From Bacteroidia bacterium (GTDB lineage Bacteria > Bacteroidota > Bacteroidia > NS11-12g > UBA9320): DNA of 64,000 nucleotides. Both the position numbers and the translations under genes were made by a program. The stretch spans positions 448,001-512,000 of the forward strand of contig CBDCFW010000005.1 of the NCBI GenBank assembly GCA_965216465.1, in the 5' to 3' direction. This document shows, one piece after another, positions 10,374 through 20,020 of this stretch; position 1 is the stretch's first letter; each line of letters opens with the position of its first letter. Under the pieces are notes generated by a model. The model made no database searches, was not told the DNA's origin, and was given only the letters and a program-made list of their open reading frames with translations.

Positions 10374-10492
10374 TCTTTTTCAATAACTGATTGATGGCAA
10401 TATTACGGAAAATGTATGAAAATTATTTTGGTCTAAGAATATTAATTTGTTAACGTCTCAATTGATTTTACAAGCACCAAAACAACATGCAT

Positions 10493-10529
10493 AAAAAAAC
10501 CCGTACCAGAGTGTGATACGGGTTCTTTT
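10493..10529 (-). terminator. Intrinsic terminator of the atpBEFHAG operon
   Basis: Stem AACCCGTA/TACGGGTT followed by T7 on the minus strand, just after the atpG stop. Confidence 0.8.
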
Positions 10530-10544
10530 GTATAGGATGAAATT

Positions 10545-11429
10545 TTATCCTTCCAAAGCAGCGGCTCCACCAACAATCTCTAAAATTTCTTTTGTAATTG
10601 CAGCTTGACGTGCTTGGTTATATTGTAATTTCAAATCGTAGATAAGCTCACCTGCATTTTCAGTAGCGTTATCCATAGCAACCATTCTACTTCCGTGTTC
10701 AGATGCTTGTGAATCAAGCATGGTTCTGTACAATTGCGTTTTAACCGCACGTGGAATTAAGGTATAAAGAAGGTCAGCTTTAGACGGTTCAAAAGTGAAG
10801 TCAGCTAAGAATTTAGTTTCTTCTGTTTTTTCTTCCTCAAAAGCTTCTATTTCTACCGGTAGAATGCGTTCAGCAGTTACGATTTGGGTTGCTGCATTTT
10901 TAAATTTATTGTATACAACACGAACCTCATCGTACTTTCCTGCTAAAAATTCAGAAATGATGTTTTCACCAATTTCAAATACTTCTTCTGCATTTAGGTC
11001 TTGGAAAGCATCTATGTTAGAAGTATCCATATTTAGGTCATCACGCTTATAAAATTCGTAAGCTTTCTTTCCTAAAAATTTCACCGTAACGTTTGCATCA
11101 GCGTATTTGTTCTGCAACAAGTTACGTACTTCTTTAATTACATTTGAGTTGAAACCACCGCACAATCCACGATCACTTGAATTAACTACAAGTAATACAT
11201 TTTTTACTTCACGATGCTCAAAGTAACCTTGTAAGCTTTGTTCGTCCTTAGCAGCCTCTGCCAAGTTTACTAAAATTCCATTTAGCTTGTCGGCATAAGG
11301 TCGCATTTGAGTAATAGCTTGCTGAGCCTTACGCAATTTCGTAGCCGAAACCATTTTCATGGCTTTGGTAATTTGCTGCGTCGACTGCGTACTCGCTATC
11401 CTGGTTCTTACTTCCTTTAAATTTGCCAT
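10545..11429 (-). CDS. atpG: ATP synthase F1 gamma subunit
   Basis: ITKAMKMVS, SDRGLCGGFN, YNQARQAAITKEILEI. Confidence 0.97.
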   Translation of the reverse strand: MANLKEVRTRIASTQSTQQITKAMKMVSATKLRKAQQAITQMRPYADKLNGILVNLAEAAKDEQSLQGYFEHREVKNVLLVVNSSDRGLCGGFNSNVIKEVRNLLQNKYADANVTVKFLGKKAYEFYKRDDLNMDTSNIDAFQDLNAEEVFEIGENIISEFLAGKYDEVRVVYNKFKNAATQIVTAERILPVEIEAFEEEKTEETKFLADFTFEPSKADLLYTLIPRAVKTQLYRTMLDSQASEHGSRMVAMDNATENAGELIYDLKLQYNQARQAAITKEILEIVGGAAALEG

Positions 11430-11434
11430 TTTGT

Positions 11435-13015
11435 TTAGGCTTTGAAGTTTTTAGCTATTTCTGCTCCTACTTTTTCTACTGTTCCGGTAAGGTCACCGTC
11501 AAGCTTACCGCTTGTTAAAGCGTCAAGAACGTCTTGGTGATCAGCTTCCATCTTCATTAAGAACTCCTCTTCGAATTTACGAACAGATGCAACAGGAATA
11601 TCTCTCAATAAACCTTTAGTTCCTAGGTAGATGATTGCAACTTGCTTACCAACAGTTAGTGGAGAATATTGAGCTTGTTTCAAGATCTCCACGTTTCTTG
11701 CTCCTTTATCTAAGATTGACTTAGTAGCAGGGTCAAGGTCAGATCCAAACTTAGCAAATGCTTCAAGCTCTTTATACTGTGCTTGGTCCAATTTAAGTGT
11801 TCCAGCAGTTTTCTTCATTGCTTTTGTTTGTGCAGACCCCCCTACACGAGATACCGAGATACCTACGTTAATCGCTGGACGAACACCAGAGTTGAATAAA
11901 TCAGACTCTAGGAAGATTTGTCCATCAGTAATCGAAATTACGTTAGTTGGGATATATGCAGAAACGTCACCAGCTTGTGTTTCAATGATCGGTAAAGCAG
12001 TAAGAGATCCTCCTCCTTTTACTTTTCCTTTCAATGATTCTGGTAAATCGTTCATACCTTGAGCGATCTCATCAGAGCCATTCACCTTTGCAGCACGCTC
12101 TAATAAACGAGAGTGAAGGTAGAATACGTCTCCTGGGTATGCTTCACGACCTGGAGGTCTTTTAAGAAGAAGAGATACCTCACGATATGCAACAGCTTGT
12201 TTTGAAAGATCATCGTAAATGATCAATGCAGGACGACCAGTGTCTCTGAAGTACTCACCAATTGCAGCACCCGCCATAGGAGCGTAGAATTGCATTGGAG
12301 CAGGATCAGCAGCAGAAGCAGATACGATAGTTGTATATGCCATTGCTCCTTTTTGCTCAAGAGCTCTAACCACTTGCTTTACAGTACTTGCTTTCTGTCC
12401 GCAAGCAACATAAATACAGTAAACTGGTTCACCTTTGTCATAAAATTCTTTTTGGTTAATAATGGTGTCGATAGCAACAGCAGTTTTACCTGTTTGCTTG
12501 TCACCAATAATTAACTCTCTTTGTCCTCTACCAATTGGAATCATCGCGTCTACCGCTTTAATTCCTGTTTGTAAAGGCTCAGATACAGGCTCTCTATAGA
12601 TTACCCCTGGAGCTTTTCTCTCCAATGGCATTTCAAATAGTTCACCTTCAATATCTCCGTTACCGTCAATTGGGTTACCTAAGGTGTCAACAACTCTACC
12701 TAACATTCCCTCTCCTACTTTAATAGAAGCAATTCTGTTAGTTCTTTTTACTGTGTCACCTTCTTTAATATTGGTAGAGCTACCTAAAAGTACAGCACCA
12801 ACATTATCTTCTTCTAAGTTAAGAACGATACCTTGAACACCGTTAGCAAACTCGATAAGCTCACCTGATTTTACTTGAGTAAGTCCGTAAATACGGGCGA
12901 TACCATCACCTACTTGTAATACTGTTCCTACTTCTTCTAATTGAGCTCCAGTTTGTACACCGGCTAATTGCTCTTTAATTATACTAGAAACTTCGTCTGG
13001 TCTTATTGCAGCCAT
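11435..13015 (-). CDS. atpA: ATP synthase F1 alpha subunit
   Basis: [40 protein letters not shown]. Confidence 0.98.
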   Translation of the reverse strand: MAAIRPDEVSSIIKEQLAGVQTGAQLEEVGTVLQVGDGIARIYGLTQVKSGELIEFANGVQGIVLNLEEDNVGAVLLGSSTNIKEGDTVKRTNRIASIKVGEGMLGRVVDTLGNPIDGNGDIEGELFEMPLERKAPGVIYREPVSEPLQTGIKAVDAMIPIGRGQRELIIGDKQTGKTAVAIDTIINQKEFYDKGEPVYCIYVACGQKASTVKQVVRALEQKGAMAYTTIVSASAADPAPMQFYAPMAGAAIGEYFRDTGRPALIIYDDLSKQAVAYREVSLLLKRPPGREAYPGDVFYLHSRLLERAAKVNGSDEIAQGMNDLPESLKGKVKGGGSLTALPIIETQAGDVSAYIPTNVISITDGQIFLESDLFNSGVRPAINVGISVSRVGGSAQTKAMKKTAGTLKLDQAQYKELEAFAKFGSDLDPATKSILDKGARNVEILKQAQYSPLTVGKQVAIIYLGTKGLLRDIPVASVRKFEEEFLMKMEADHQDVLDALTSGKLDGDLTGTVEKVGAEIAKNFKA

Positions 13016-13023
13016 TTTTCTTT

Positions 13024-13563
13024 TTAATTATAGATTAATGTTTTTCTAATTTCTCTAAGTTCCTTAGACACGCTCATATCTAAAAGCTTGTCTTCGTGCT
13101 TAATTATCACACCTCCAATAATTGAAGGATCAATTTCATTTGTAAGTTCTATTCCTTCTTTACCTAAGATACCTGTAACGTAAGATTTAATCTTCGCTAA
13201 AGTTTCTTCTGATAATTCAACAGCAGAAATAACAGTTGCCGTAGCAATGCCTTTCATTTCGTTGTATGAAGCAATATAATTTTGAGCAACCAGAGGCAAC
13301 TCACCTTCACGCTTTTTATCTACTAAAAAGTCAATAAAGTTTTGCGTTGTAGCAGAAGTTGATTTGAAAACTTTTGCCAACACCGCTTTTTTATCACTTG
13401 CTTTAACAATTGGGTTGTTTAAAAGGCTAACAAGTTCTCTTGATTCTGAACAGGTATCAACTACCGTGTCCATATCAGCCTTGATGCCATCTAAATCACC
13501 TGCTTGAGAAGCAAGATCTAATAATGACTTAGAATATCTTAGTGCTATTCTGGTTGATGCCAT
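13024..13563 (-). CDS. atpH: ATP synthase F1 delta subunit
   Basis: [23 protein letters not shown]; operon position. Confidence 0.95.
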   Translation of the reverse strand: MASTRIALRYSKSLLDLASQAGDLDGIKADMDTVVDTCSESRELVSLLNNPIVKASDKKAVLAKVFKSTSATTQNFIDFLVDKKREGELPLVAQNYIASYNEMKGIATATVISAVELSEETLAKIKSYVTGILGKEGIELTNEIDPSIIGGVIIKHEDKLLDMSVSKELREIRKTLIYN

Positions 13564-13564
13564 G

Positions 13565-14059
13565 TTAATTTAATTGTGATTTGTTCAAGTGATCGTTAAC
13601 TAAAGATTCTTGAGAACCTTTTTCACTTAACTCTTTACGAATTACTTTTTCAGCAATCTCCAATGAAATTTCAGCTACTTGCTTCTTGATATCAGAAAGA
13701 GCTTGGTGCTTTTCTTTGTCAATCTCAGCACGTGCAGCTGCAACCAATCGACTTCCTTCTTCAGAGGCAGTTACCTTAGCGTCAGACAAGATCTTTTCTT
13801 TCATTTCTCTTGCTTCTTTTAAGATAGACTCGCGCTCTTCACGAGCTTCAGCCAATAGCTTTTCATTGTCTGATTTAAGCTGGCTCATTTGAGCTTTAGC
13901 TTCTTCAGCAGACTTTAATGAACGATCAATAAATTCTTCTCGGTCTTTTAATGCTTTGATGATTCCCTTCCAAGCAAACTTTTTCAAAAGAAAAAGAATC
14001 ACTAAGAATGCAATCGACATCCAAAGCACTAAACCTAATTCGGGCAATAACGGATTCAT
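13565..14059 (-). CDS. atpF: ATP synthase F0 subunit b
   Basis: N-terminal TM, KKFAWK, long coiled coil. Confidence 0.95.
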   Translation of the reverse strand: MNPLLPELGLVLWMSIAFLVILFLLKKFAWKGIIKALKDREEFIDRSLKSAEEAKAQMSQLKSDNEKLLAEAREERESILKEAREMKEKILSDAKVTASEEGSRLVAAARAEIDKEKHQALSDIKKQVAEISLEIAEKVIRKELSEKGSQESLVNDHLNKSQLN

Positions 14060-14075
14060 AATAATTTAAATCTAT

Positions 14076-14099
14076 AGGGCAAGAGCGTACTCTTGCCCT
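14076..14099 (-). other. Perfect 10-bp intercistronic hairpin between atpE and atpF
   Basis: Minus strand AGGGCAAGAG-TACG-CTCTTGCCCT; no U-tract follows. Confidence 0.75.
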
Positions 14100-14116
14100 C
14101 GTACAATTTCGTGTTA

Positions 14117-14392
<276 letters not shown>

Positions 14393-14413
14393 TTAATTTA
14401 ATTTATAAACGTA

Positions 14414-15472
14414 TTAATGTGCGTGCTCTTCTACTGCTGAACCGAAGTACAGTGCAGACAATAAGGTAAACACATATGCTTGTAAGAAAGCCACTAAAAG
14501 CTCAATTGCAAACATGAAAATTGAGAATCCTACCGATAAGATAGAAACTCCATATCCACCTCCAGCTCCATAAAGGTTATTGAAGATGAAAATCAAACTC
14601 ACAAAAGCCAAAATAATAATGTGACCTGCTGTGATATTCGCAAAAAGTCGTAAAGTAAGTACGATTGGTTTTGAAATGAATCCAATAAACTCAATCACAA
14701 ACATTAAAGGAATTGGAAACTTCAACCACCAAGGTACACCTGGGGTGTTGTAAATGTGCTTCCAGTAATCTTTGTTACCATTAACTGCAGTGATAATGAA
14801 AGTAAACAACGCCATTACCATCGCAATAGCAATATTTCCTGTAACGTTAAATCCTCCAATGAAAGGAATAAGACCTAACATATTACCAATCCAAATAAAG
14901 AAGAAAATGGTTAATAAGAAAGGTAAGAACTTCTCATAACGCTTACCGATACTTGGCTTTGCAATCTCATCCTTCACAAAAAGAATTAATGGCTCCATTA
15001 AAGATTGTATACCTTTTGGGGCCTGACCTTCTCTTTTCTTGTATCCTCTTGCTACTGCAGTAAAGATCAACACCATTAAAATCATGGTTAACAACATCCC
15101 TGCAACAGTTTTAGTAATTGAAAGATCCAATGGTTTTTCTCCGGTGATGTGTCCGTGCTCGTCATGAGCAGGTTTTCCATCAGCACCTACCATATAAATC
15201 TTTTCGTGATCCATAACGTAGCCGTTGTAAACAGCACCTCCAGAAAGACGAGAAGAACTGAATACATCAAGACCATTTTCTGAACTGTAAAGAATAATTG
15301 GTAACGGAATGTGAATTGGACCGATGTGAATCTCGTGCATATCCATCACGTGATGCATAATAACTTCACCTGCATTAAACTCCTCTTTTTCCCCATGATT
15401 TGCTTCTGAAGAAGAGGCAAACGACATGAAAGACGTCATAAAAACTGTGATTGCAAGAAATAATCGAAACAT
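14414..15472 (-). CDS. atpB: ATP synthase F0 subunit a
   Basis: LTLRLFANITAGH, ELLVAFLQAYVFTLLS; start taken at ATG 15472 (ORF track uses TTG 15517). Confidence 0.95.
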   Translation of the reverse strand: MFRLFLAITVFMTSFMSFASSSEANHGEKEEFNAGEVIMHHVMDMHEIHIGPIHIPLPIILYSSENGLDVFSSSRLSGGAVYNGYVMDHEKIYMVGADGKPAHDEHGHITGEKPLDLSITKTVAGMLLTMILMVLIFTAVARGYKKREGQAPKGIQSLMEPLILFVKDEIAKPSIGKRYEKFLPFLLTIFFFIWIGNMLGLIPFIGGFNVTGNIAIAMVMALFTFIITAVNGNKDYWKHIYNTPGVPWWLKFPIPLMFVIEFIGFISKPIVLTLRLFANITAGHIIILAFVSLIFIFNNLYGAGGGYGVSILSVGFSIFMFAIELLVAFLQAYVFTLLSALYFGSAVEEHAH

Positions 15473-15497
15473 TTGGTTCGTTCTAAGTTGTTGGTTA

Positions 15498-15899
15498 TTA
15501 GCTTGTTGTGTTATCAAGTTCGCTGTTAATTTCGGGGCGCAATTTAGCCACTAATTGATATATTTCAAATATTGTGAATAATAAATATAAAATTAAATAG
15601 TAGACTATAAACTCCTTGGCCTTTATCTCACTCACTATCAGGTAAATAGCTAAGAAAAAAATACCTAACATCATTCGCAATCCAATGGCTCCCATTACAC
15701 CTCTAAAAAATGCAGAATTGGATGCCTTTAATGCCCGATGACTTATCGCACTAATTCCTACTCCCAAAGCAAAGAAAAATGCTAGTGATCCCCAGAACCA
15801 AATTTGCTCTGAAGTTTCAATAAATCGAAACATAAAAAAAGTAAGAACGGCAAGAATTAGCGTTAAGATTAAAAGTTTAAATACAAATTTCGAACTCAT
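15498..15899 (-). CDS. 4-TM membrane protein upstream of atpB (AtpI-like)
   Basis: Four hydrophobic segments; position between atpZ-like gene and atpB. Confidence 0.7.
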   Translation of the reverse strand: MSSKFVFKLLILTLILAVLTFFMFRFIETSEQIWFWGSLAFFFALGVGISAISHRALKASNSAFFRGVMGAIGLRMMLGIFFLAIYLIVSEIKAKEFIVYYLILYLLFTIFEIYQLVAKLRPEINSELDNTTS

Positions 15900-16093
15900 T
15901 ATTTCAGTTTTTTAATCATCATATATATAACAGCGAACACAGCTAAAAAGATCGCTATTAATACAAAAGTTGATTCTAAGTTAAAATAGGAATCGAGCCA
16001 AAGACCAATAAGGATTAATCCTACGGTAATCGCTATCAGTTGAAAGCCCAGTCCGGAGTACTTTACATAATTAGGCTGTTGCCGTTTGGACAT
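15899..16093 (-). CDS. AtpZ/AtpI family protein
   Basis: YSGLGFQL...GLWLD two-TM pattern. Confidence 0.85.
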   Translation of the reverse strand: MSKRQQPNYVKYSGLGFQLIAITVGLILIGLWLDSYFNLESTFVLIAIFLAVFAVIYMMIKKLK

Positions 16094-16484
16094 TATTCTC
16101 AGAATTATCCTTCTTTATGGAAACAGAGCTACCCATGGTACATGCACCATTGAACTCTCCTCCATTCTCAACAACGATTTTTGATGTTTTGATATCACCG
16201 TTGATCTTTCCGCTAGATTTAATTAAAAGCAGTTCATTCACTTTTACATTTCCATCTACTCGTCCGCTTACGTCACAGCTTTTAGATTCAATGTTTCCGA
16301 TGATTCGGCCAGTAGCTCCCAAAACACATTTAGATTGTGTTCTCACGCTACCTTCAACTACTCCGTCTATTCTAAGATCACCATTTGAGCTTAAATCTCC
16401 AACAATTGTGGTTCCTTCTCCAATTACGTTAATTGCACCGGTTCCTGATGGAGCTGTAGTCTTTTCTTTTTTGTTACCTATCAT
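16071..16484 (-). CDS. Bactofilin (polymer-forming cytoskeletal protein)
   Basis: IGEGTTIVGDL..GDLRIDGVVEG beta-helix repeats, VENGGEFNG. Confidence 0.92.
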   Translation of the reverse strand: MIGNKKEKTTAPSGTGAINVIGEGTTIVGDLSSNGDLRIDGVVEGSVRTQSKCVLGATGRIIGNIESKSCDVSGRVDGNVKVNELLLIKSSGKINGDIKTSKIVVENGGEFNGACTMGSSVSIKKDNSENNVQTATA

Positions 16485-16490
16485 TTTGTT

Positions 16491-17309
16491 TTAGAAGTTG
16501 ATGTAATGTTGTGGGTTAACAGCTATACCCTTGCTCCACAATTCAAAGTGAAGATGGGGCCCCGAAGATAGTTCTCCGGTATTCCCTACAAGTGCAACTG
16601 CATCGCCTGCGTTGACAAAAGTACCCTCTTTTTTCAATAGCACGGCATTATGTTTATAAACTGAGATTAACTCGTTCGGATGTTGAATAACCAAGGTGTG
16701 TCCACCTCCTGGAGTCCAGTCACTAAATATCACGGTTCCTTTCTGCACAGACTTAATTACCTCTTTGCTTTTGGCAGCAATATCAACAGCTAAGTGCTTT
16801 CTGTCAATATTAAATGTATCGCTCACCACTCCTTTTAAAGGCAGAAACAAATTGTAACTTTTGGGATCGATCTCAGAACCTCGGATTATTTTCACTTGAG
16901 TGCCAGGGTCACTAGATGCCAGAGCAACTTCTTCGGCAGGTACGTTCTCCATCTCTTCCATAATATCAGAATTTAACTCACCTCCTTCAAGAATCTGGTT
17001 CAATATATCTGACTGGAGCTTCAAATTCGTTAACGACTGCTCTAATGAATCTATTCGCTGAAGCATTTCGTATTGCTCAATATTGCTATACTTCGAACTT
17101 TTAGTAGGAAAAATGTGGTTTAGCGGGGTATAGGCCAATAATAAATACAAGATGGTACCAAACACCAATAAGGTTACTGACACCACCAATACCATATTGA
17201 GTGGTGTTAAAACAAAAGACACACGTTCCTCAAGATTCTCATCTTGCCTCAGAATCAATCTGTATCTATTTCTGAACTTGGTTGATATTTTTTTTCGGAA
17301 AGAACCCAA
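16491..17309 (-). CDS. M23 family metallopeptidase
   Basis: HLAVD and GPHLHFELW zinc motifs, N-terminal TM, TTG start. Confidence 0.9.
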   Translation of the reverse strand: MGSFRKKISTKFRNRYRLILRQDENLEERVSFVLTPLNMVLVVSVTLLVFGTILYLLLAYTPLNHIFPTKSSKYSNIEQYEMLQRIDSLEQSLTNLKLQSDILNQILEGGELNSDIMEEMENVPAEEVALASSDPGTQVKIIRGSEIDPKSYNLFLPLKGVVSDTFNIDRKHLAVDIAAKSKEVIKSVQKGTVIFSDWTPGGGHTLVIQHPNELISVYKHNAVLLKKEGTFVNAGDAVALVGNTGELSSGPHLHFELWSKGIAVNPQHYINF

Positions 17310-17339
17310 CTTTTGTCAATGTTTACGGCCTAATTAAAA

Positions 17340-17347
17340 TATTTTTG
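17340..17347 (+). promoter_or_regulatory. -7 promoter element for sprE/porW-PBP1A
   Basis: TATTTTTG. Confidence 0.5.
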
Positions 17348-17370
17348 TGCTCTTTTGAGTTTAAAGAGTG

Positions 17371-17378
17371 CAAAGTTA
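17371..17378 (-). promoter_or_regulatory. -7 promoter element for the M23-bactofilin-atp run
   Basis: Minus strand TAACTTTG followed by CA. Confidence 0.6.
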
Positions 17379-17391
17379 ATAAGATTATCAA

Positions 17392-20020
17392 TTGAAGATT
17401 ACTAAATACATAGCATTTGTGCTGTTCCTATCCATTTCTAGCCAGTCTTGGGCACAAAACACCGAAGAAGGTTGGATTAAACGCAGCTGGAACAACATGA
17501 TCGCTCGCTATAATATCTATTTTAACGCCCAACAAAAGCTTCAATCCGCTGTAAATAACCTTTCTGCGAAGCAAAAAGACGAATTTAACGAGTTTTTGAG
17601 TGTGTATCCATATGGCACAGAAGATGATGCTAAAAATATGCGTGCACCTATGGAGGAAGTAATGAAAAAAAGCTTCTAAAGTGATTCAAAATAAACCGAG
17701 AAGCAAATGGGTAGATAATGCATACTTTGTAATTGGCCAGACTCATTTCTTTGGAGGTGATTACTATGCCGCAATCGAAGCGTTTCAATTTGTAAATGCC
17801 AATTTCACCGATCCAGAAATAAAAGAAGTTAGCCAATTGTGGTTAATGAAAAGCTATATACGCCAAGGCAAATATGATGATGCCGAAGCTATTCTTGGAT
17901 ATTTAAAAGAGCTAAAATCAAGCAGTCGTTATTTTACAACTCATCTTAATTTGTCTGGAGGCGACTTATTGGTAAAACAAGGTAAATACAATGAAGCCAT
18001 TCCGTTATTACTCAAAGGTGTTTCTAAAGTAAAAGACAAAACGGTTAAATACAGAACCCACTTTTTATTAGGACAACTTTATCTCAACAACAAGGAATAT
18101 GAATTAGCGAACAAGCATTTTGTTCGTGTTTTGAAGTTAAATGCACCGTATGAATATGTGTTTCAAGCCAACTTAGGTATGGCAAAGTCAAGTGCAGAAA
18201 CGGGTACGAGTGCAAAAAGCACAAAAAAGTATTTGAAACGAATGCTCAATGACGACAAGAACATTGATTACTTTGATCAGATTTACTATGAGCTCGGATT
18301 GTTAGAATTTCAAACTGGTGATGAGGAAGCAGGCTTACAAAACATGATCAACGCTTCGAAATATGCTAAAAGCAATAACACTCAGCGTACCAAGACCTAC
18401 CTATTCTTAGCTGATCATTACTTTAAAAACAGAAACTACGATAAAGCACAATCTTACTACGACAGTACTGTTTCTTTTATTCCAGATGATTTTCCAGATG
18501 TAGATAAGATAAGAGCCCAACACTCGGTATTGTCTAAACTCATCGAAAACATTGAAACCATTCGAATTCAAGATAGCTTATTGGCACTTAGCCGATTAGA
18601 TCGCGAAGTATTAGACCAACGGATTACGAAAATCATAGAAGACCAAAAAGAAGCAAAGCGCCAAGAAGAAGAGGCAGAACAATTGCGGAGAGAAAGGGAC
18701 AGAATTGCTGGAACTCCTCCTCCAATGCCGGGTGCTCAAATTGGTGGAAGCACGTGGTATTTCTACAACCCTTCACAGGTCTCGCGAGGATCAAATGATT
18801 TTACCCGTGTTTGGGGAAATCGAAAAAACGGTGACTTCTGGCGTTTCGTGAATAAATCAGTGGTTGAAACCGCAGTACCTTCCTCAAAAAGGGGTATTGA
18901 AGCCGAAGATAATGAGGCAGATCCTGACACGTATAGTGCGTCTGCCGACGACGAGCAAAATGAAGCTTTGGCTGGATTGGATGACGAGAGACTTAAATAC
19001 TATAAACCCATTCCTTTTAGTGCCCTCGCAAAGGAAGTGGCTGAAAAGAAAATTCAAGATGCATATCATGGCAACGGTAAAATTTACTTCGATGACCTTA
19101 AAGAATTCTTAAAGTCCGAAGAGAATTTTAAAATTCTTCTTGACAAATATCCGATAACTGAACATAAGCCAGAAGCCATTTTCTATCTCGCTAAAATAGC
19201 AACGAGCTTAGGCAACGAATCGGATTATAACAAATACTCCCAGCAAATTGCAGATGAGTTCCCTGAAACTCCGTATAATCAAGTTTTAAATGCCAAAGAA
19301 ATTGTTGAAGACAGCAAAGACAAAGAAGTAATTAACCTCTACAATAAAATGTACGAGCACTTTATTGCTGAAGATTACAAAGCTGCGGTAGAAGTAAAAG
19401 AAAAAATTGATACCGATTACCCTGGCTCATCAATTCAAGCCAAGGTAGACTATCTCTACGCCCTTACTGTAGGTAAGACTCAGGGAAAAAGTGCATACAT
19501 CAAGGAATTAAAAAGTTTGGAAGAAACATACGCGGGCACTGAAATTGGAGAAATGGCCACTTTTACCTTAGAGCTTCTAGGTAATGAAGATGAAATAGAA
19601 GACCCTAGCGATAGTACATCTGGCAAATCCGATAAGCTAAACTCAAAGTCTATTGCTTCTGTTTACAACAACGATTTGAGTGGAAAACATTATTACATCT
19701 TATCTGGACATACCAGTCAAGAAAAAAATGTACAACTAACACTGGACGACTATAACAAAACCTTTTTTGGAAGACAGTCATTGCACATATCAACTTTGAT
19801 GCTTGGTGACCGCCAAGTTTACTACATAAAGCAATTTGCAAAAAAGAGTGATGCTATGGTGTATCATAAAGAAATGCTATCGAATGTGGCACTCTTTGAA
19901 AACGAAGGACTGTCTGACGTAAAGGCATATGCAATTTCGGAGGAAAACTTTAGAACCTTGTTTAAAGAGAAGAACGAGAACGAATACATCAATTTCTTTA
20001 AAAACAATTACAGGAGATAA
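17392..20020 (+). pseudogene. porW: SprE/PorW-like TPR protein (T9SS/gliding), frameshifted in this sequence into ORFs 17392-17679 and 17681-20020
   Basis: ARYNIYFN N-terminus, TPR repeats, WYFYN...F.RVWGNR...DFWR motif; removing one A from A7 at 17665-17671 gives an uninterrupted MKKASKVIQ junction and an 875-aa protein. Confidence 0.75.

Noticed and set aside
12484-12507. atpA Walker A GDKQTGKT instead of GDRQTGKT
   Set aside because: Conservative R-to-K change in the non-catalytic subunit; no evidence of functional significance.
17665-17672. A_AAA_AAG as a dnaX/IS-type programmed -1 frameshift
   Set aside because: Restoring the frame needs +1 (or -2), not -1, and A7 is short for transcriptional slippage.
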